A stretch of DNA of 64,000 nucleotides from a virus: the IMG/VR virus record IMGVR_UViG_3300025849_000009, one strand, 5' to 3'. The position numbers and the translations under genes are program-made. Within the stretch, counting starts at the first letter, position 1. Each line of letters starts with the position of its first letter. The notes beneath the pieces are model-generated. The model worked only from the letters and a program-made list of their open reading frames with translations. It ran no database searches and was not told where the DNA came from. Positions 38,537 through 51,018 of the stretch are shown here, piece after piece.

Positions 38537-39421
38537 TTATTGGATATTGTAATCTTCTGGTGTTGTGGGTTTTGTCCATCTTCTAAGATCTCCGACCCAA
38601 TCTTCTAATCTGTATGGATGTTCCCAATGTGGAGGTTGAGGTATTCTAATTCTTGGTACTCTTAATCTATCACCTTCTCTGGCTTCTATCCACTTTGTTT
38701 TCTTTTTTAGTTTTTGAACCACTTTTAGTAGTGTTGTTTTATCCTCTGAATATAATGCCCATTCTAAATTAACTGGTAGTAATTCGTGGCGAGCGCATGC
38801 TAATGCAATGGCTTCTACTCTTGTAAATATTCTTGCTTGAGTTCCTGGTTCTACGACTGTAATTGCTTCTTCATTCTTGATTTGTCTTTCCCATATACCT
38901 AAAACTGTTGCGTATGGTCCATCAGTTATTTGTCCTGGTCCATATGCATTAAAGAAATAAAATATGTGAGTTTTCAGATCATTCCAAGTTTGGTGTTTTT
39001 TGATTAGTTCTACATTTTGTTTCTTAAGCCAACTGTATGGTGAGAGATTATGATCTTTTTGTCCTAAATGAGATGAAGATGCCGAGTATATTAATACCGC
39101 CTTATTTTTAATAGCTAATCTTATTATCTGACTTGTACCTTCCATACATGATGACTGTACTTTGTCGAAATCTTCATAAGATTGATACACTCGAGAATAC
39201 TCTCCAAAATGGTAGATAACATCAAATTTAAATCTTGATAATATACGCAGAGCATGTTGAGTTTGTCCCTCTACATATTGTACTCCTTCTACATGATTTG
39301 ATTTTTGACCTGTAGAATAATCGTCTAATGAAACGATCTTTGCATGTGGTGTATTATTTAAAATACTTCTAATTAAATGTGTTCCTACAAACCCTGCACC
39401 TCCAGTTACTAATGTATACAT
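38537..39421 (-). CDS. NAD-dependent nucleotide-sugar epimerase/dehydratase
   Basis: VTGGAGFVG, SASSS, YSWLK (YxxxK), FNAYGP. Confidence 0.85.
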   Translation of the reverse strand: MYTLVTGGAGFVGTHLIRSILNNTPHAKIVSLDDYSTGQKSNHVEGVQYVEGQTQHALRILSRFKFDVIYHFGEYSRVYQSYEDFDKVQSSCMEGTSQIIRLAIKNKAVLIYSASSSHLGQKDHNLSPYSWLKKQNVELIKKHQTWNDLKTHIFYFFNAYGPGQITDGPYATVLGIWERQIKNEEAITVVEPGTQARIFTRVEAIALACARHELLPVNLEWALYSEDKTTLLKVVQKLKKKTKWIEAREGDRLRVPRIRIPQPPHWEHPYRLEDWVGDLRRWTKPTTPEDYNIQ

Positions 39422-39422
39422 A

Positions 39423-40193
39423 CTATGACAACCACTCGTAATATTCCCTCCATCCTTGTTTAATCAAGGTGAATTTGTTTGGATTTTTTATGTAGGTTAG
39501 ATCAAATATTTTTTCATCACTACCCATAAATCCGCCTTCTAAACATGAGGCTACTGTTTTTTCAATCTCACTTATATACCAATCTATTGTTTTAGATGGG
39601 CACACAAATGCAGTACCTTGTATGTTTCTAACTTGTGAAAAACTATGCCACTGAGGATCAGTAACTTCAAAAGGTACGTTATGACTAAACTTAATTATTT
39701 TATCTTCTAATCTTTTAATATTTGGCCAATTATCATTGACATCTACATTTTCTCTTATACCACCTGCATCTAACCATAATAAATGTGTAGCATCTGGACA
39801 TAAATTCAAAGCTTCCTTCAAAAAGAATACTTTATTGAACATTATGATATTGTATAATGGATAATTCATTTCAGGTACATGATCAAAGTGTCTTTTCTCT
39901 TTAAATGATTCACTGTTCATTAATTCTGTTAATGGGTCATTCCATTTTTTATATGCTTCTAAATCTTCTGTTTCATTTATAACATATTTAGTTATTTTAT
40001 TATCAGGATCTACAGAAGATCTCATTTCTCTAACTCTATCTTCAAATTCAGGTTGTGTAAAAATTACCATCTCACATTTTAACTTTAATGTATTTGCCAT
40101 CCAAGCTAAATATGTATGATATGACATTGAATAATCTTTCCATTCGGAACGACCAATGTCATATAGTGCTGTAATTATTAGTGGTTTTTTCAT
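39423..40193 (-). CDS. WlaTC/HtrL-family glycosyltransferase
   Basis: ITALYDIGR, YNIIMFNKVFFL, WLDAG, SDE motifs. Confidence 0.7.
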   Translation of the reverse strand: MKKPLIITALYDIGRSEWKDYSMSYHTYLAWMANTLKLKCEMVIFTQPEFEDRVREMRSSVDPDNKITKYVINETEDLEAYKKWNDPLTELMNSESFKEKRHFDHVPEMNYPLYNIIMFNKVFFLKEALNLCPDATHLLWLDAGGIRENVDVNDNWPNIKRLEDKIIKFSHNVPFEVTDPQWHSFSQVRNIQGTAFVCPSKTIDWYISEIEKTVASCLEGGFMGSDEKIFDLTYIKNPNKFTLIKQGWREYYEWLS

Positions 40194-40744
40194 ATCCAAT
40201 CAAACATTTGTGTGTTTGTCTCGTTTTTAATTCTAGTTTTTAATTCAGATGCTTCTTGAACATATTTATCGGAATGTTGACCGTGCCACTCTACCCACAT
40301 CTTTTTAATATTATTATTCCATCCTTCATCTAACATTTTAGTGATTATTGCATATTCTGCCCACTCAATATCCATTTTAATATAAACCTCAACGTTTTCG
40401 AATTGTTTTAAAAATTCTATAAAGTTTATACATTCTACTAACATCTTAGAATGATAATCAATGTATTTTTTATCGCCAACAGGAGTAATATATGCACCTT
40501 GACTTAATCCATTATCACCAAACATTAAGAATTCGAAAGTACCTGTTTCGGTCCACACTCCTTTTTTGTGTAAAGTTACATCTAATCCTAGTGTATCCCA
40601 ACACACGTTGTCTAAATTAGTATTAGGTTCAAATGCATGTACTTTCCATGAAGAATCAATATTTAATTCTTCTTTAAAATGTCTTAAACCTTCGCAATTA
40701 TGAGTTCCTAAATCTAAAAACACTTTTTTTATATCCATGACCAA
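40190..40744 (-). CDS. FkbM-family methyltransferase
   Basis: FLDLGTH, HAFEPN, IKMDIEWAEY, VEWH. Confidence 0.8.
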   Translation of the reverse strand: MVMDIKKVFLDLGTHNCEGLRHFKEELNIDSSWKVHAFEPNTNLDNVCWDTLGLDVTLHKKGVWTETGTFEFLMFGDNGLSQGAYITPVGDKKYIDYHSKMLVECINFIEFLKQFENVEVYIKMDIEWAEYAIITKMLDEGWNNNIKKMWVEWHGQHSDKYVQEASELKTRIKNETNTQMFDWI

Positions 40745-41454
40745 TCTACTTTAATTTTTTTGTGTAGTATATGTATCTTATTTACATCAAAGTGATCTGA
40801 CTTACTCTGATTATTAAAAATTGTATCTAATTTAAATCCATCCCTGTTCAATATAGTAGGTACAAATCCTTCTGAGTATCCATGTTGCTTGTTTATTAAT
40901 AAATTAGACAAGTGTTTTAAGCTTTTATTTGAAAATCTAACTATTGGAAAGAATGATCCAAATAATTCATCGCTTTTATCAATATTATCACCATCACCTG
41001 GAAATCTACTAAACCACGCAGTACTACTATGTGTATTTTTATCAATTTCAGGTATATTTGGTTGATTTTTCACATCCTTATTCTTAAAAAGATAATAAGA
41101 AATAAAATCCGCATCATTATTTTCAAATGCTTTAAAGAATTCTGACCAATTATCACAAATTACGTCATCATCCATAAACCAATACCACTCTTCATTTGGA
41201 TTTAGTATAAAATAATATGCCATTCTAAGATGTGCATAAAACCAAATGATATTTCTATTTCCTTGTGAGTTCCAAAAGTGTTTTTTACTAACATCACCTT
41301 TAAAATTAAAAACATCTCTTACTTTTTGCTCATCATACTCAATTCCAACAGGATATCTGTCAGATAAGAATTCAAAATCAAAATCTACTGTCTTCCAATA
41401 AGAATCATATGATTTAAAAGTGTTAGCACATGTACAAACTATCTTTTTAGACAT
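40729..41454 (-). CDS. Putative GT-A glycosyltransferase
   Basis: YWFMDDDV (DxD), FFPIVRFS, SEGFVPT; located in a glycosylation operon. Confidence 0.55.
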   Translation of the reverse strand: MSKKIVCTCANTFKSYDSYWKTVDFDFEFLSDRYPVGIEYDEQKVRDVFNFKGDVSKKHFWNSQGNRNIIWFYAHLRMAYYFILNPNEEWYWFMDDDVICDNWSEFFKAFENNDADFISYYLFKNKDVKNQPNIPEIDKNTHSSTAWFSRFPGDGDNIDKSDELFGSFFPIVRFSNKSLKHLSNLLINKQHGYSEGFVPTILNRDGFKLDTIFNNQSKSDHFDVNKIHILHKKIKVDWSWI

Positions 41455-42265
41455 ATTTTTCTATTATTTTAACATCCCATTCAGGAATTCTATTATATTG
41501 ATGTGCTATTTTATATAATTTATCATTAGAATCTACTAAATGATTACCTTTAAGAACAGGTAATCCATATCTACTATTGATTAAATCACCTAAACCCCAA
41601 TTTATATGTTGAAATGTTGGACCAGACAATGAACAATGTATTACCCACCCATCATTTGGTTTAAAAATCTTACAATTATCTATTTGGTTTTTATAAATTA
41701 GAATATTAAATGCTGCTTGATCTCTAATATCATGTCCATGTAATGCTCCATCAACTAATTTTTGTTGCATTCTTAGTGTTTTTACTAGAGAATCTTTTTT
41801 ACCTCCCATTACTCCACTACAAACAACTTCAAATGGTTTAATAAATTCATGATATTCCGGAAATGCTTTATTCATAACATCCATATTCCATGGCTCTTCT
41901 CTATGGAATATACCTTCAGATGCTGCAAAAAAATCATAAGATTCAAAATCCATTAATTCAAATGGATCACCTTGAAAACAAACATCAAAAACATCAGTAA
42001 CCATAAAAACATCATAATCACTATTTTCTATCCAATTCGCTGTATGATTTAGTCTACTATCGTTAATTGTTAAGTTTTGATCAGTTTTTACCTCAAAATA
42101 CTTAATATTATTAGTTTCTAATGACATTTTGTCATCTTCAGACATATCTGCTGCTATAAGAACTGCATCTCCGTTAGTTTGTTCTTCGAAACTATGAGCC
42201 CAAACTTTTATTTTATCAATATTTTTAGCAACATTGTTACTAACTCCAGTAAGTGCCTTTCTCAT
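41447..42265 (-). CDS. Putative GT-A glycosyltransferase
   Basis: VTDVFDVCFQGDPF, CSGVMGG, DQAAFN, HQYNR. Confidence 0.6.
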   Translation of the reverse strand: MRKALTGVSNNVAKNIDKIKVWAHSFEEQTNGDAVLIAADMSEDDKMSLETNNIKYFEVKTDQNLTINDSRLNHTANWIENSDYDVFMVTDVFDVCFQGDPFELMDFESYDFFAASEGIFHREEPWNMDVMNKAFPEYHEFIKPFEVVCSGVMGGKKDSLVKTLRMQQKLVDGALHGHDIRDQAAFNILIYKNQIDNCKIFKPNDGWVIHCSLSGPTFQHINWGLGDLINSRYGLPVLKGNHLVDSNDKLYKIAHQYNRIPEWDVKIIEKYV

Positions 42266-43512
42266 TATATGACTCTTTCTATTTTTTCACACCAACCTTT
42301 AGTTGTACTATATGGCCAAAATATCCATTTGTATGGTTTTTCACCTTGATAATCTACAACAACATTAATCCACTCATTATCAGAATTAAGTTTACTTTTA
42401 ATTTCATTAGCATTTAAATCATTTCTATATACAGATGTTCCATCTTCTTTTTCACATATAACTGCAACGAATTCATAATCGTTTTCTGTTAGCTTAGACT
42501 TTGGTATATCTATGAATGTTTTAAATTTTGATAGAAAACTATTGTCATAATCTAACGGTATTGGATTAGGTGACAATAAATTATCTAATGTGTGTTGTTG
42601 TACTCTTCTGTCTTTTAATCTAATTCCAGAATGTTTTTCCCAATCTGCAATAGTTCTAACTCTTCCTAAACCATATTTACCAAATGTTTCATCTTCTGAA
42701 TCAAAAGATTCTCCGTCAATACCTAATAGTTTACGAGTTTTTTCGTGAGTTCTATGATTTCTTTTGTGCCATTCTGGGTCATCGTCCCATTGTTTAGTTC
42801 TACCTTTACGAGTATATTCATGCCAAGCAATTATTTTATGTGGGTGAAATAAGTCATATCCGTGTGTAAATGCTCTAATAGCAATAGTTATCTCTTCACC
42901 ATGAAAGTAGAATTCAGGATCATGTTGAACCTCAACTGCAAACTTACCTAAAGTAAATGCAAAATGAGCAGAGTAAAATCTAGAGGATACTGGTCCTTTT
43001 AGATTTTTCCAATTAGGTATACTCGCAGGCAAAAAGAATATTACACCCTCTGGTGTAAATCTATCAAAGTTCATTAACCACGGTTGATTTTGTCTGCCTT
43101 CAGGATCGTTATCGGGTTGATATGAGGAAATATAACTTGTAAGTAAAGGTTTTTCATAACCTTTAGCTTGTAAGCCTTTCAGCATAGTAATTAATTCTGT
43201 ATCCCAGTTTTTAATAAATCGATGATGAGAATCTAATTGAAAGGTATATGTTTCTCCTTTATATAATTGTTGTATACTATTTCTAGCCCAACATGCTCCA
43301 GTAGAGTCTTTGTAATTTACATCTAAAATTCTAAATCTATCATCATCTTTATATAGATCCATTGTATCCCATTCATCTTCTGGTGAATGTTGCCAACATA
43401 TACCAAATCTAAGTCGATCTGGGTGTTCAGCGTTTTCTATACAATCTTTTAGAGTATTTAATAATTCAGGATCTCTATAGCTAGCTATCTGAATAAAAAT
43501 GGTTTCTTCCAT
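42265..43512 (-). CDS. GT60-family polypeptide/hydroxyproline GlcNAc-transferase (Gnt1/Gnt2-like)
   Basis: TIFIQIASYRDPE, GACWAR, QLDSHHRF, SAHFAF, FHGEE...RAFTHGYD, YGLGRVRT. Confidence 0.8.
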   Translation of the reverse strand: MEETIFIQIASYRDPELLNTLKDCIENAEHPDRLRFGICWQHSPEDEWDTMDLYKDDDRFRILDVNYKDSTGACWARNSIQQLYKGETYTFQLDSHHRFIKNWDTELITMLKGLQAKGYEKPLLTSYISSYQPDNDPEGRQNQPWLMNFDRFTPEGVIFFLPASIPNWKNLKGPVSSRFYSAHFAFTLGKFAVEVQHDPEFYFHGEEITIAIRAFTHGYDLFHPHKIIAWHEYTRKGRTKQWDDDPEWHKRNHRTHEKTRKLLGIDGESFDSEDETFGKYGLGRVRTIADWEKHSGIRLKDRRVQQHTLDNLLSPNPIPLDYDNSFLSKFKTFIDIPKSKLTENDYEFVAVICEKEDGTSVYRNDLNANEIKSKLNSDNEWINVVVDYQGEKPYKWIFWPYSTTKGWCEKIERVI

Positions 43513-43582
43513 GTAATTATAACGTTAATTAGTAGTTATATTATATATCAACGTTTTGTTTACATGTAAAGATACGAATTAG

Positions 43583-46207
43583 TTATTCTATACCTTCTAG
43601 TTTTCTATTGTGTGTAATAATCTCATTGGCAATATATGTATCATTCTCTTCAACATCTATCTTATAAGTGTTAAAAGTTCCAGACATATCTTCAATTGAA
43701 CTGATAATATGTTCTGTGCCATTATCATTTATAAAGATATCACCCTCTTTAATGTTTATTGCTTGAGTAACCATCCATAAATTATCTCTTTTAATAATAT
43801 GTAAATGTGCTACGGTCGATGTTAATAATCCCTGATTAAAGTTTAAAACTCTATTGACTGTATTCAATTCTATACCTACAATAGTTGTAGTTGTACTTGA
43901 AACTAGTGGATCGGTTTCTTCCCATGTTAATAATTCAAGCACGTTATCGGTGTTTGGCATATTACCTATATTATTAGAAGCTAAAGTATCACCTACTTTT
44001 AATGTTTCTATTTGTGTAGATGTTCCATTAGGTAATTTAATTTGTGTACCTTCTAATAAACACTCACCGCTATCATCACATGCGTCTCTCGAAACATTAC
44101 CTATCCATGTAGGAGCAAAACCACTTGACACTCTAATAATAGTCCACGGTGCTCCACTTTGGTAAGAAGAACCTGTAAGTTCATATTTACCTCCTATTAT
44201 TTTTTGAGTATTACTTTTAGCTTTGACATTCGGTTGCTCTGAATTACACGAACTCAATTCATATATCCACACCTCTGTTGGTGTTGCAGTTGGAACCGGT
44301 GTTGCAGTCGGTGTTGGTGTTGGCAAAACAATCTTCGTTACTGTTGGTGTTGCAGTCGGATACGGTGTTGCAGTTGGCGGAACTGCTGTTGGAACTGGTG
44401 TTGCAGTTGGAACCGGTGTTGCAGTCGGTGTTGGTGTTGGAACTGGTGTTGCAGTTGGAACCGGTGTTGCAGTTGGGTTAGGAGCTTCATAAACACATAT
44501 AGTCTCACTAGTACATGAACTACCGGAAGCTAATCTTTCAAAACCACTAATACTAGTAACTGTTCCATTATTATCAAAATCATATATGTTTACCACTTCT
44601 TGTGAACATACAGAAACAACATAACCTTCTTTTCCATTACGCCATACATTTGCAGTACTTAACATTTGATTAAGGCGTGTATTTATATATGTTCCAGATC
44701 CTATTGATTTATATCTTAATCCATATCTATTTGAATCTACATTCGTGGCGAACCAAGAGTGTTGACAATTACCCGTTGGAATATCTGTTGGAGATGGTGT
44801 TGCAGTTGGACTTAAAGAAGTATCATTAATATATAACCAATCCGTAGATGCAACTATAGTACCTGTGTAACTACCTGTTCTAAGATGTAATTTAAATCTT
44901 TCTTGACCTTCGGTTAAATTATCTTGCGTTACTGTAAATCCAAATTGCCTTTTACCACTTTGTGGCGTAGATACCCCGGTATTTTCTTGTATTGTAACTT
45001 GTCCTTGATTTGCAGCGGATGTATCACTAGACATGTTAGCAGTACTTCCAGAATCAACAGTCCAATATAAATTAGTACCATAAGTAACATATTTTGTCAA
45101 TGCATTAAATGTAAAACTTCCACCTTCATTAGCACTAGAAGTTGGTGATTCCAATGCATATTCTGGTGGATAATAATAAATATTTGTTACTGTTGAACCA
45201 TCAAAATAAAACGCAAAAGTAGAGCCATATTCATGATACCACCCTACAGGAGCATCATCACATGTTGGTATATAACTTTCATCACATAATGATTCTATTC
45301 CCGTAATTAATCCAGAATTTACCCAATTCCCAGAAGCATCAAACGTAACTGTGTCATATCTACCAGCGGGTGTTGTTCCAATTGCTAAGTCATAATAAAA
45401 ATTACCTCCTCCTGATGAATATGCACCTGTTGGATTTCTAGTACTTTGTACCATAACTTGAACGTCTAGTGAATCAACTATCCCAATAAGCGTATTATTA
45501 AAATATGCATTATCGATTAAATTATTTGTATCATCATCTCCACCTGGTACATTATCAGTAATTAATATGATTATTTTAATTGCGTCAGATCTAAATCCTC
45601 CGGCAATTCCATTATTAACTATTTCGTTTACTGCTAACCCACCCGGTTCTGGACCTGCAGAACCAGCGCCCAAAGGAAAGTTAGAAGTATCTATCACATT
45701 TAACTTTGATTGAAAATCAGCTGTTTGACCTACGCCAAAAAATGGTGACATACATGTAATAAATTGAGTATCGTTAGTTCCACTAGTTATCTTTACTTTT
45801 TGTGAAGCAGGTAAATTTTGATATATTGTGTTATTATAATTTGATGGTGCTGCCAGATTATTAGTACCATATTCATCAAATAATGTAAGACTTACTCTAT
45901 AATTTCCATTTGATACAGTATTAATTGTATTTAGTATATTAGTAATACCTGCTTTTACACCACTTATAGAACCACTCATTGAAGCGGTATAATCTACTAA
46001 AAATGCAACATCAAATCCAGCCGAACATGTAGTTGGTACTGTTAATTGATCCCCAACACCAGGTGTTCCATTAATATGATATGGATTTACCGCGTTTGAT
46101 GTAGGTGTGGCATTTAAACCATTATACGACGATGCGCTATAAACTAAGTTAATTAGATTCGAAGGTGGAATACATTCTTCTCCATGTGTAAATACCGATA
46201 TTGCCAT
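43583..46207 (-). CDS. vWA + Calx-beta-like + Pro-Thr linker + C-terminal Hint domain protein, 874 aa
   Basis: DVAFLVDYTASM (MIDAS), ILITDN; QDNLTEGQERF; PTATP repeats; Hint CLLEGT (44062) to YIANEIITHN (43607). Confidence 0.85.
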   Translation of the reverse strand: MAISVFTHGEECIPPSNLINLVYSASSYNGLNATPTSNAVNPYHINGTPGVGDQLTVPTTCSAGFDVAFLVDYTASMSGSISGVKAGITNILNTINTVSNGNYRVSLTLFDEYGTNNLAAPSNYNNTIYQNLPASQKVKITSGTNDTQFITCMSPFFGVGQTADFQSKLNVIDTSNFPLGAGSAGPEPGGLAVNEIVNNGIAGGFRSDAIKIIILITDNVPGGDDDTNNLIDNAYFNNTLIGIVDSLDVQVMVQSTRNPTGAYSSGGGNFYYDLAIGTTPAGRYDTVTFDASGNWVNSGLITGIESLCDESYIPTCDDAPVGWYHEYGSTFAFYFDGSTVTNIYYYPPEYALESPTSSANEGGSFTFNALTKYVTYGTNLYWTVDSGSTANMSSDTSAANQGQVTIQENTGVSTPQSGKRQFGFTVTQDNLTEGQERFKLHLRTGSYTGTIVASTDWLYINDTSLSPTATPSPTDIPTGNCQHSWFATNVDSNRYGLRYKSIGSGTYINTRLNQMLSTANVWRNGKEGYVVSVCSQEVVNIYDFDNNGTVTSISGFERLASGSSCTSETICVYEAPNPTATPVPTATPVPTPTPTATPVPTATPVPTAVPPTATPYPTATPTVTKIVLPTPTPTATPVPTATPTEVWIYELSSCNSEQPNVKAKSNTQKIIGGKYELTGSSYQSGAPWTIIRVSSGFAPTWIGNVSRDACDDSGECLLEGTQIKLPNGTSTQIETLKVGDTLASNNIGNMPNTDNVLELLTWEETDPLVSSTTTTIVGIELNTVNRVLNFNQGLLTSTVAHLHIIKRDNLWMVTQAINIKEGDIFINDNGTEHIISSIEDMSGTFNTYKIDVEENDTYIANEIITHNRKLEGIE

Positions 46208-46210
46208 GTT

Positions 46211-46528
46211 TTACTTATTTAATCTTTTTATTAAGTCATCCATATTAAAATAGAAAGAATACCCAGCTCCTTGATAGCCATGATCTTGTTCTACTGTAAA
46301 ACCTGCTCTGAATTTTTTAAGTGCACTATTAATAGTATCTTCAATATCTTTGCCTATTAAAATAGGATCGTCAATTGCTAATTCTTTATCATTATCTTTA
46401 CCAGTAGCAGCCAATGCTAAAAGACCACCCTTACCGAATTGGTATGATAGTCTATAGTTGATAGCTTTCATACTAGAAACCACTTGGAAATTCTTCTCTT
46501 CTAAAAACTCTTCAAATAATTTAGCCAT
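46211..46528 (-). CDS. Putative head-internal protein with KLFEEF leader
   Basis: [12 protein letters not shown]-terminus. Confidence 0.6.
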   Translation of the reverse strand: MAKLFEEFLEEKNFQVVSSMKAINYRLSYQFGKGGLLALAATGKDNDKELAIDDPILIGKDIEDTINSALKKFRAGFTVEQDHGYQGAGYSFYFNMDDLIKRLNK

Positions 46529-46551
46529 GTTAATTATATATTATATTTTTA

Positions 46552-49500
46552 TTACACTTCCTGGTTACATTCACTGCTGCTATTTAAGAATTCTAACGTT
46601 GCAGTAAATCCTGATCCTGTATATGAGTCTCTATTAGCTGAAATATACAAATATTTAGAGTCTGTGTCTATTTCTGTATTTATAGTAGCAGCACTAAATT
46701 TAGTATTAGCATTATGTGTCCATTGTGTAATGTTAGTAACACCACCACTACTGTCTACGCCATGTAAAGTAAATGTTACGGCATCAGAGTTATTAGTAAC
46801 ACCATATGATGATTCTATGTATCTCAACGCAAATCCTTCATATTTAAATGTCCATGGCACCATTACAAATGCTTTTTGTAATCCTATATTCGTAATTGTC
46901 ACATCTCTTGGAACTGGATTAAGAGCTATATGTTCAAAACACGTTCCTGTTCCACGTGGTCCAGTAATACTTCTACCTGAAGTTCCACTTGTACCATTAA
47001 CTCCTGAAGTTCCATTAACTCCTGAAGTTCCATCATTTCCTGAAGTTCCATCATTTCCTGAAGTCCCATCTTTACCAGATGTACCGTCTGTATAATCTTC
47101 ATCTTTTATTGGAGTTGTACCTGAAGTACCATCGGTTCCTGAAGTTCCATCGGTTCCTGAAGTTCCATCGGTTCCTGAAGTTCCATCTGTTCCACTTGAT
47201 CCATTAGTTCCTGAAGTTCCATCTTTACCAGATGTACCGTCTGTATAATCTTCATCTTTTATTGGTGTTACACCTGAAGTTCCATCTGTTCCACTCGTTC
47301 CATCTGTTCCTGAAGTACCATCTTTACCAGATGTACCATCAAAATAATCTTCATCTTTTATTGGTGTTACACCTGAAGTTCCATCTGTACCTGAAGTACC
47401 ATCAGTTCCTGAAGTACCATCTGTACCTGAAGTACCATCATTTCCTGAAGTCCCATCTTTACCAGATGTACCATCAAAATAATCTTCATCTTTTATTGGT
47501 GTTGCACCTGAAGTTCCATCTGTACCACTTGTACCATTAGTTCCAGAAGTTCCATCAGTTCCTGAGCTTCCGTTAGTTCCACTTGTACCATCAGTTCCTG
47601 AAGTCCCATCTGTACCTGAAGTACCATCAGTTCCTGAAGTTCCATCTGTACCTGAAGTTCCATCTTTACCAGATGTACCATTTAAGCCAGAAGTTCCATC
47701 TGTGCCTGAAGTTCCATCAGTTCCTGAAGTTCCATCTGTACCTGAAGTTCCATCAGTTCCTGAAGTACCATCTTTACCTGAAGTTCCAGAAGTTCCATTT
47801 ACACCAGAAGTACCATCTACATAATCTTCACCTTTTATTGGCGTTATACCTGAAGTTCCGTCTGTTCCTGAAGTACCATCTTTACCAGATGTACCATCAA
47901 AATAATCTTCGTCTTTTATTGGAGTTGTACCTGAAGTACCATCTACACCTGAAGTTCCACTTACACCAGAACTACCATCAGTTCCTGAAGTACCATCAGT
48001 ACCTGAACTTCCGTTAGTTCCACTCGTTCCATCTGTTCCTGAAGTTCCATCTTTACCAGATGTACCATTTTCACCATCTACATAATCTTCACCTTTTATT
48101 GGCGTTATACCTGAAGTTCCGTTTGTACCAGAAGTTCCGTTTGTACCAGAAGTTCCATCAGTTCCTGAAGTACCATCTGTTCCAGAGATTCCGTTAGTTC
48201 CACTTGATCCATCAGCTCCTGAAGTTCCATCTTTACCAGATGTACCGTCAAAATAATCTTCATCTTTTATTGGTGTTGCGCCTGAAGTTCCATCTGTTCC
48301 AGACGTTCCATCTTTACCAGATGTACCGTTTTCACCATCTACATAATCTTCACCTTTTATTGGTGTTACACCTGAAGTACCGTCTGTTCCTGAAGTACCG
48401 TCTGTTCCTGAAGTTCCACTTACACCAGAAGTTCCACTTACACCAGAAGTTCCAGATATACCAGAAGTTCCTGGATTACCAGTTACTCCTGAAGATCCAC
48501 TTGATCCATCAGCTCCTGAAGTTCCATCTTTACCAGATGTACCATTTTCACCATCTACATAATCTTCACCTTTTATTGGTGTTACACCTGAAGTTCCAGA
48601 TATACCTGAAGTTCCATTAATTCCAGATGTACCGTTAATTCCAGATGTACCATTAACTCCATCAATACCTGATGTGCCGTCAATACCAGAGGTTCCATTA
48701 ATTCCAGATGTACCATTAACTCCATCAATACCTGAAGTTCCATCTTTACCAGATGTACCATTTTCACCATCTACATAATCTTCACCTTTTATTGGTGTTA
48801 CACCTGAAGTTCCATTAACTCCATCAATACCTGAAGTCCCATCATTTCCCGAAGTCCCATCTCTACCAGATGTACCGTTTTCACCATCTACACCTGAAGT
48901 TCCATCAACGCCTGATGTTCCACTAATACCTGATGTTCCATTAACTCCATCAACTCCCGAAGTCCCATCTTTACCAGATGTACCATTTTCACCATCTACA
49001 TAATCTTCACCTTTTATTGGTGTTGTACCTGAAGTTCCATCAGCTCCCGAAGTTCCATCATTTCCTGAAGTCCCATCATTTCCATCAACACCAGACGTTC
49101 CATCATTTCCTGAAGTTCCATCATTTCCATCAACTCCCGAAGTCCCATCTTTACCAGAAGTTCCTGATGCACCTTGTATTGATCCACCATTAATCCACTC
49201 TGTTCCATTCCACATCCAGAAACTATCATCTAATTGTACAATATATGCATCTCCTTGTTCATTTCCTTCTTGTGGTAACTGTTCTTGAACTTCAACCTCT
49301 CCTTTAAAATTAACACCTGGGCCTACTCCACCTTGTGGACCATCAACTCCCGAAGTCCCATCTCTACCAGATGTACCGTTTTCACCATCTACACCTGAAG
49401 TTCCATCAACACCTGATGTTCCAGCAAGTCCATCAACACCAGACGTTCCATCTTTACCAGATGTACCGTTTTCACCATCTACATAATCTTCACCTTTTAT

Positions 49501-50964
49501 TGGTGTTGTACCTGAAGTACCATTAATTCCTGAAGTTCCATTATCTCCATCAACACCAGATGTTCCATCAACACCAGATGTTCCATTATCTCCATCAACA
49601 CCAGAAGTTCCATCATCTCCAGCAACATTCGGTATAGTAACACCATCGCCGTTCGTGTAAACAATTGTCATGTTACCATCTTCGTCTATTTGAATAGAAG
49701 AAATTCCTCTACCATCAGCACCATCAGCACCTACATCTCCATCGTCACCTTTAATACCAGGTATACCTGTTAAATTAATGTTCCATATAGAATTAAATGA
49801 ATCTACTGTACTTTGATAAACATTATTCCACGTCATTACACCAGTAGAGCTATCATATGAAGTTACTTGTACTATATCGAAATTACTAGGACCAGCATCT
49901 AAAGATACTATAATGTATTCACCACCAATATATGATAGACCTGTATCTACTGTTACTGAACCTAAATCAGCGCCAGAATTTCTGTCATCACCGAGAGAGT
50001 GTGGACCATCAAATGAAGTTTTAAATTCTATTGATTCTCCATCTGTTCCAGAAGTTCCGTCAACTCCTGAAGTTCCAGCTTGGCCATCTACACCTGAAGT
50101 TCCGTCAATTCCGGATGTTCCGTCAATTCCGGATGTTCCGTCAATTCCGGATGTTCCACTAACTCCATTAATACCAGAAGTTCCGTCAATACCGGATGTT
50201 CCATTAATACCGGATGTTCCATTAACGCCGTCATTACCGTCTTCTCCATTATTACCATCTTTTCCTGATGTTCCATCAACTCCTGATGTTCCGTCAACAC
50301 CGTCATTTCCTGAAGTTCCAGCGAGTCCATTAATACCTGAAGTACCATTACTACCTGATGTTCCATCAACACCGGATGTTCCAGCGTCGCCTTGATCACC
50401 TGATGTTCCATCAACTCCTGATGTTCCATCTGCACCTTGTGCTCCATCTGCACCTTGTGCTCCATCAACACCTGATGTTCCGTCTTCTCCAGATAATGAT
50501 ACTTCTACCCAACATCCATTAGGATCATTAGATATTCCTATATCTGTAGCTGTTTTTTGTTCGGCAGTAAAACCGTTTGCTGGAGTTGCACCCGCAGCAC
50601 AGTAAGTTCCTGCAGGATCAATTCTTAATGCTCTTTCCCATTCTGGTAAAGCTATCCATTCAGCTTCTCCTAAATCACCACCGTTTCCAAAGAAACCAAC
50701 AGGAATTAAATTAAATATTTTTTTATCTTCTACAACATGAACCATCATACCAACTCTTCTTCTACCTGATGACCAAATGTCATCTGATAAAGTAAAACCT
50801 GTATATGTTGAAACGCCATTTTCAAAAAGAGGTATTCCATTTCTTTCTCCAATTGTTATCATTTCTTGATAACCACCTTTTTGTGCGATAGAATGTATTA
50901 TTCCGTCCGATGGTGCAGATGCTGAAAGAAAGTTTAGTCTTTGTATTCCTTGTGGTAAAGCCAT
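46552..50964 (-). CDS. Giant collagen-like fibre (GTSG repeats, TPIK[GD]EDY interruptions), 1470 aa
   Basis: More than 1000 aa of G-x-y; N-terminal about 155 aa paralogous to 51082..52953. Confidence 0.85.
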   Translation of the reverse strand: MALPQGIQRLNFLSASAPSDGIIHSIAQKGGYQEMITIGERNGIPLFENGVSTYTGFTLSDDIWSSGRRRVGMMVHVVEDKKIFNLIPVGFFGNGGDLGEAEWIALPEWERALRIDPAGTYCAAGATPANGFTAEQKTATDIGISNDPNGCWVEVSLSGEDGTSGVDGAQGADGAQGADGTSGVDGTSGDQGDAGTSGVDGTSGSNGTSGINGLAGTSGNDGVDGTSGVDGTSGKDGNNGEDGNDGVNGTSGINGTSGIDGTSGINGVSGTSGIDGTSGIDGTSGIDGTSGVDGQAGTSGVDGTSGTDGESIEFKTSFDGPHSLGDDRNSGADLGSVTVDTGLSYIGGEYIIVSLDAGPSNFDIVQVTSYDSSTGVMTWNNVYQSTVDSFNSIWNINLTGIPGIKGDDGDVGADGADGRGISSIQIDEDGNMTIVYTNGDGVTIPNVAGDDGTSGVDGDNGTSGVDGTSGVDGDNGTSGINGTSGTTPIKGEDYVDGENGTSGKDGTSGVDGLAGTSGVDGTSGVDGENGTSGRDGTSGVDGPQGGVGPGVNFKGEVEVQEQLPQEGNEQGDAYIVQLDDSFWMWNGTEWINGGSIQGASGTSGKDGTSGVDGNDGTSGNDGTSGVDGNDGTSGNDGTSGADGTSGTTPIKGEDYVDGENGTSGKDGTSGVDGVNGTSGISGTSGVDGTSGVDGENGTSGRDGTSGNDGTSGIDGVNGTSGVTPIKGEDYVDGENGTSGKDGTSGIDGVNGTSGINGTSGIDGTSGIDGVNGTSGINGTSGINGTSGISGTSGVTPIKGEDYVDGENGTSGKDGTSGADGSSGSSGVTGNPGTSGISGTSGVSGTSGVSGTSGTDGTSGTDGTSGVTPIKGEDYVDGENGTSGKDGTSGTDGTSGATPIKDEDYFDGTSGKDGTSGADGSSGTNGISGTDGTSGTDGTSGTNGTSGTNGTSGITPIKGEDYVDGENGTSGKDGTSGTDGTSGTNGSSGTDGTSGTDGSSGVSGTSGVDGTSGTTPIKDEDYFDGTSGKDGTSGTDGTSGITPIKGEDYVDGTSGVNGTSGTSGKDGTSGTDGTSGTDGTSGTDGTSGTDGTSGLNGTSGKDGTSGTDGTSGTDGTSGTDGTSGTDGTSGTNGSSGTDGTSGTNGTSGTDGTSGATPIKDEDYFDGTSGKDGTSGNDGTSGTDGTSGTDGTSGTDGTSGVTPIKDEDYFDGTSGKDGTSGTDGTSGTDGTSGVTPIKDEDYTDGTSGKDGTSGTNGSSGTDGTSGTDGTSGTDGTSGTDGTSGTTPIKDEDYTDGTSGKDGTSGNDGTSGNDGTSGVNGTSGVNGTSGTSGRSITGPRGTGTCFEHIALNPVPRDVTITNIGLQKAFVMVPWTFKYEGFALRYIESSYGVTNNSDAVTFTLHGVDSSGGVTNITQWTHNANTKFSAATINTEIDTDSKYLYISANRDSYTGSGFTATLEFLNSSSECNQEV

Positions 50965-51018
50965 TATAAATTAAATTATTTTTCTTTTTTTATATATCTA
51001 AATTAAAATCATGGAAAC

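Noticed and set aside
47080-49510. Regularly spaced ~30-bp repeats (ACATAATCTTCACCTTTTATTGG) resembling a CRISPR array
   Set aside because: In-frame coding repeats (TPIK[GD]EDY); the intervening sequences are themselves repetitive, and no cas genes or leader are present.
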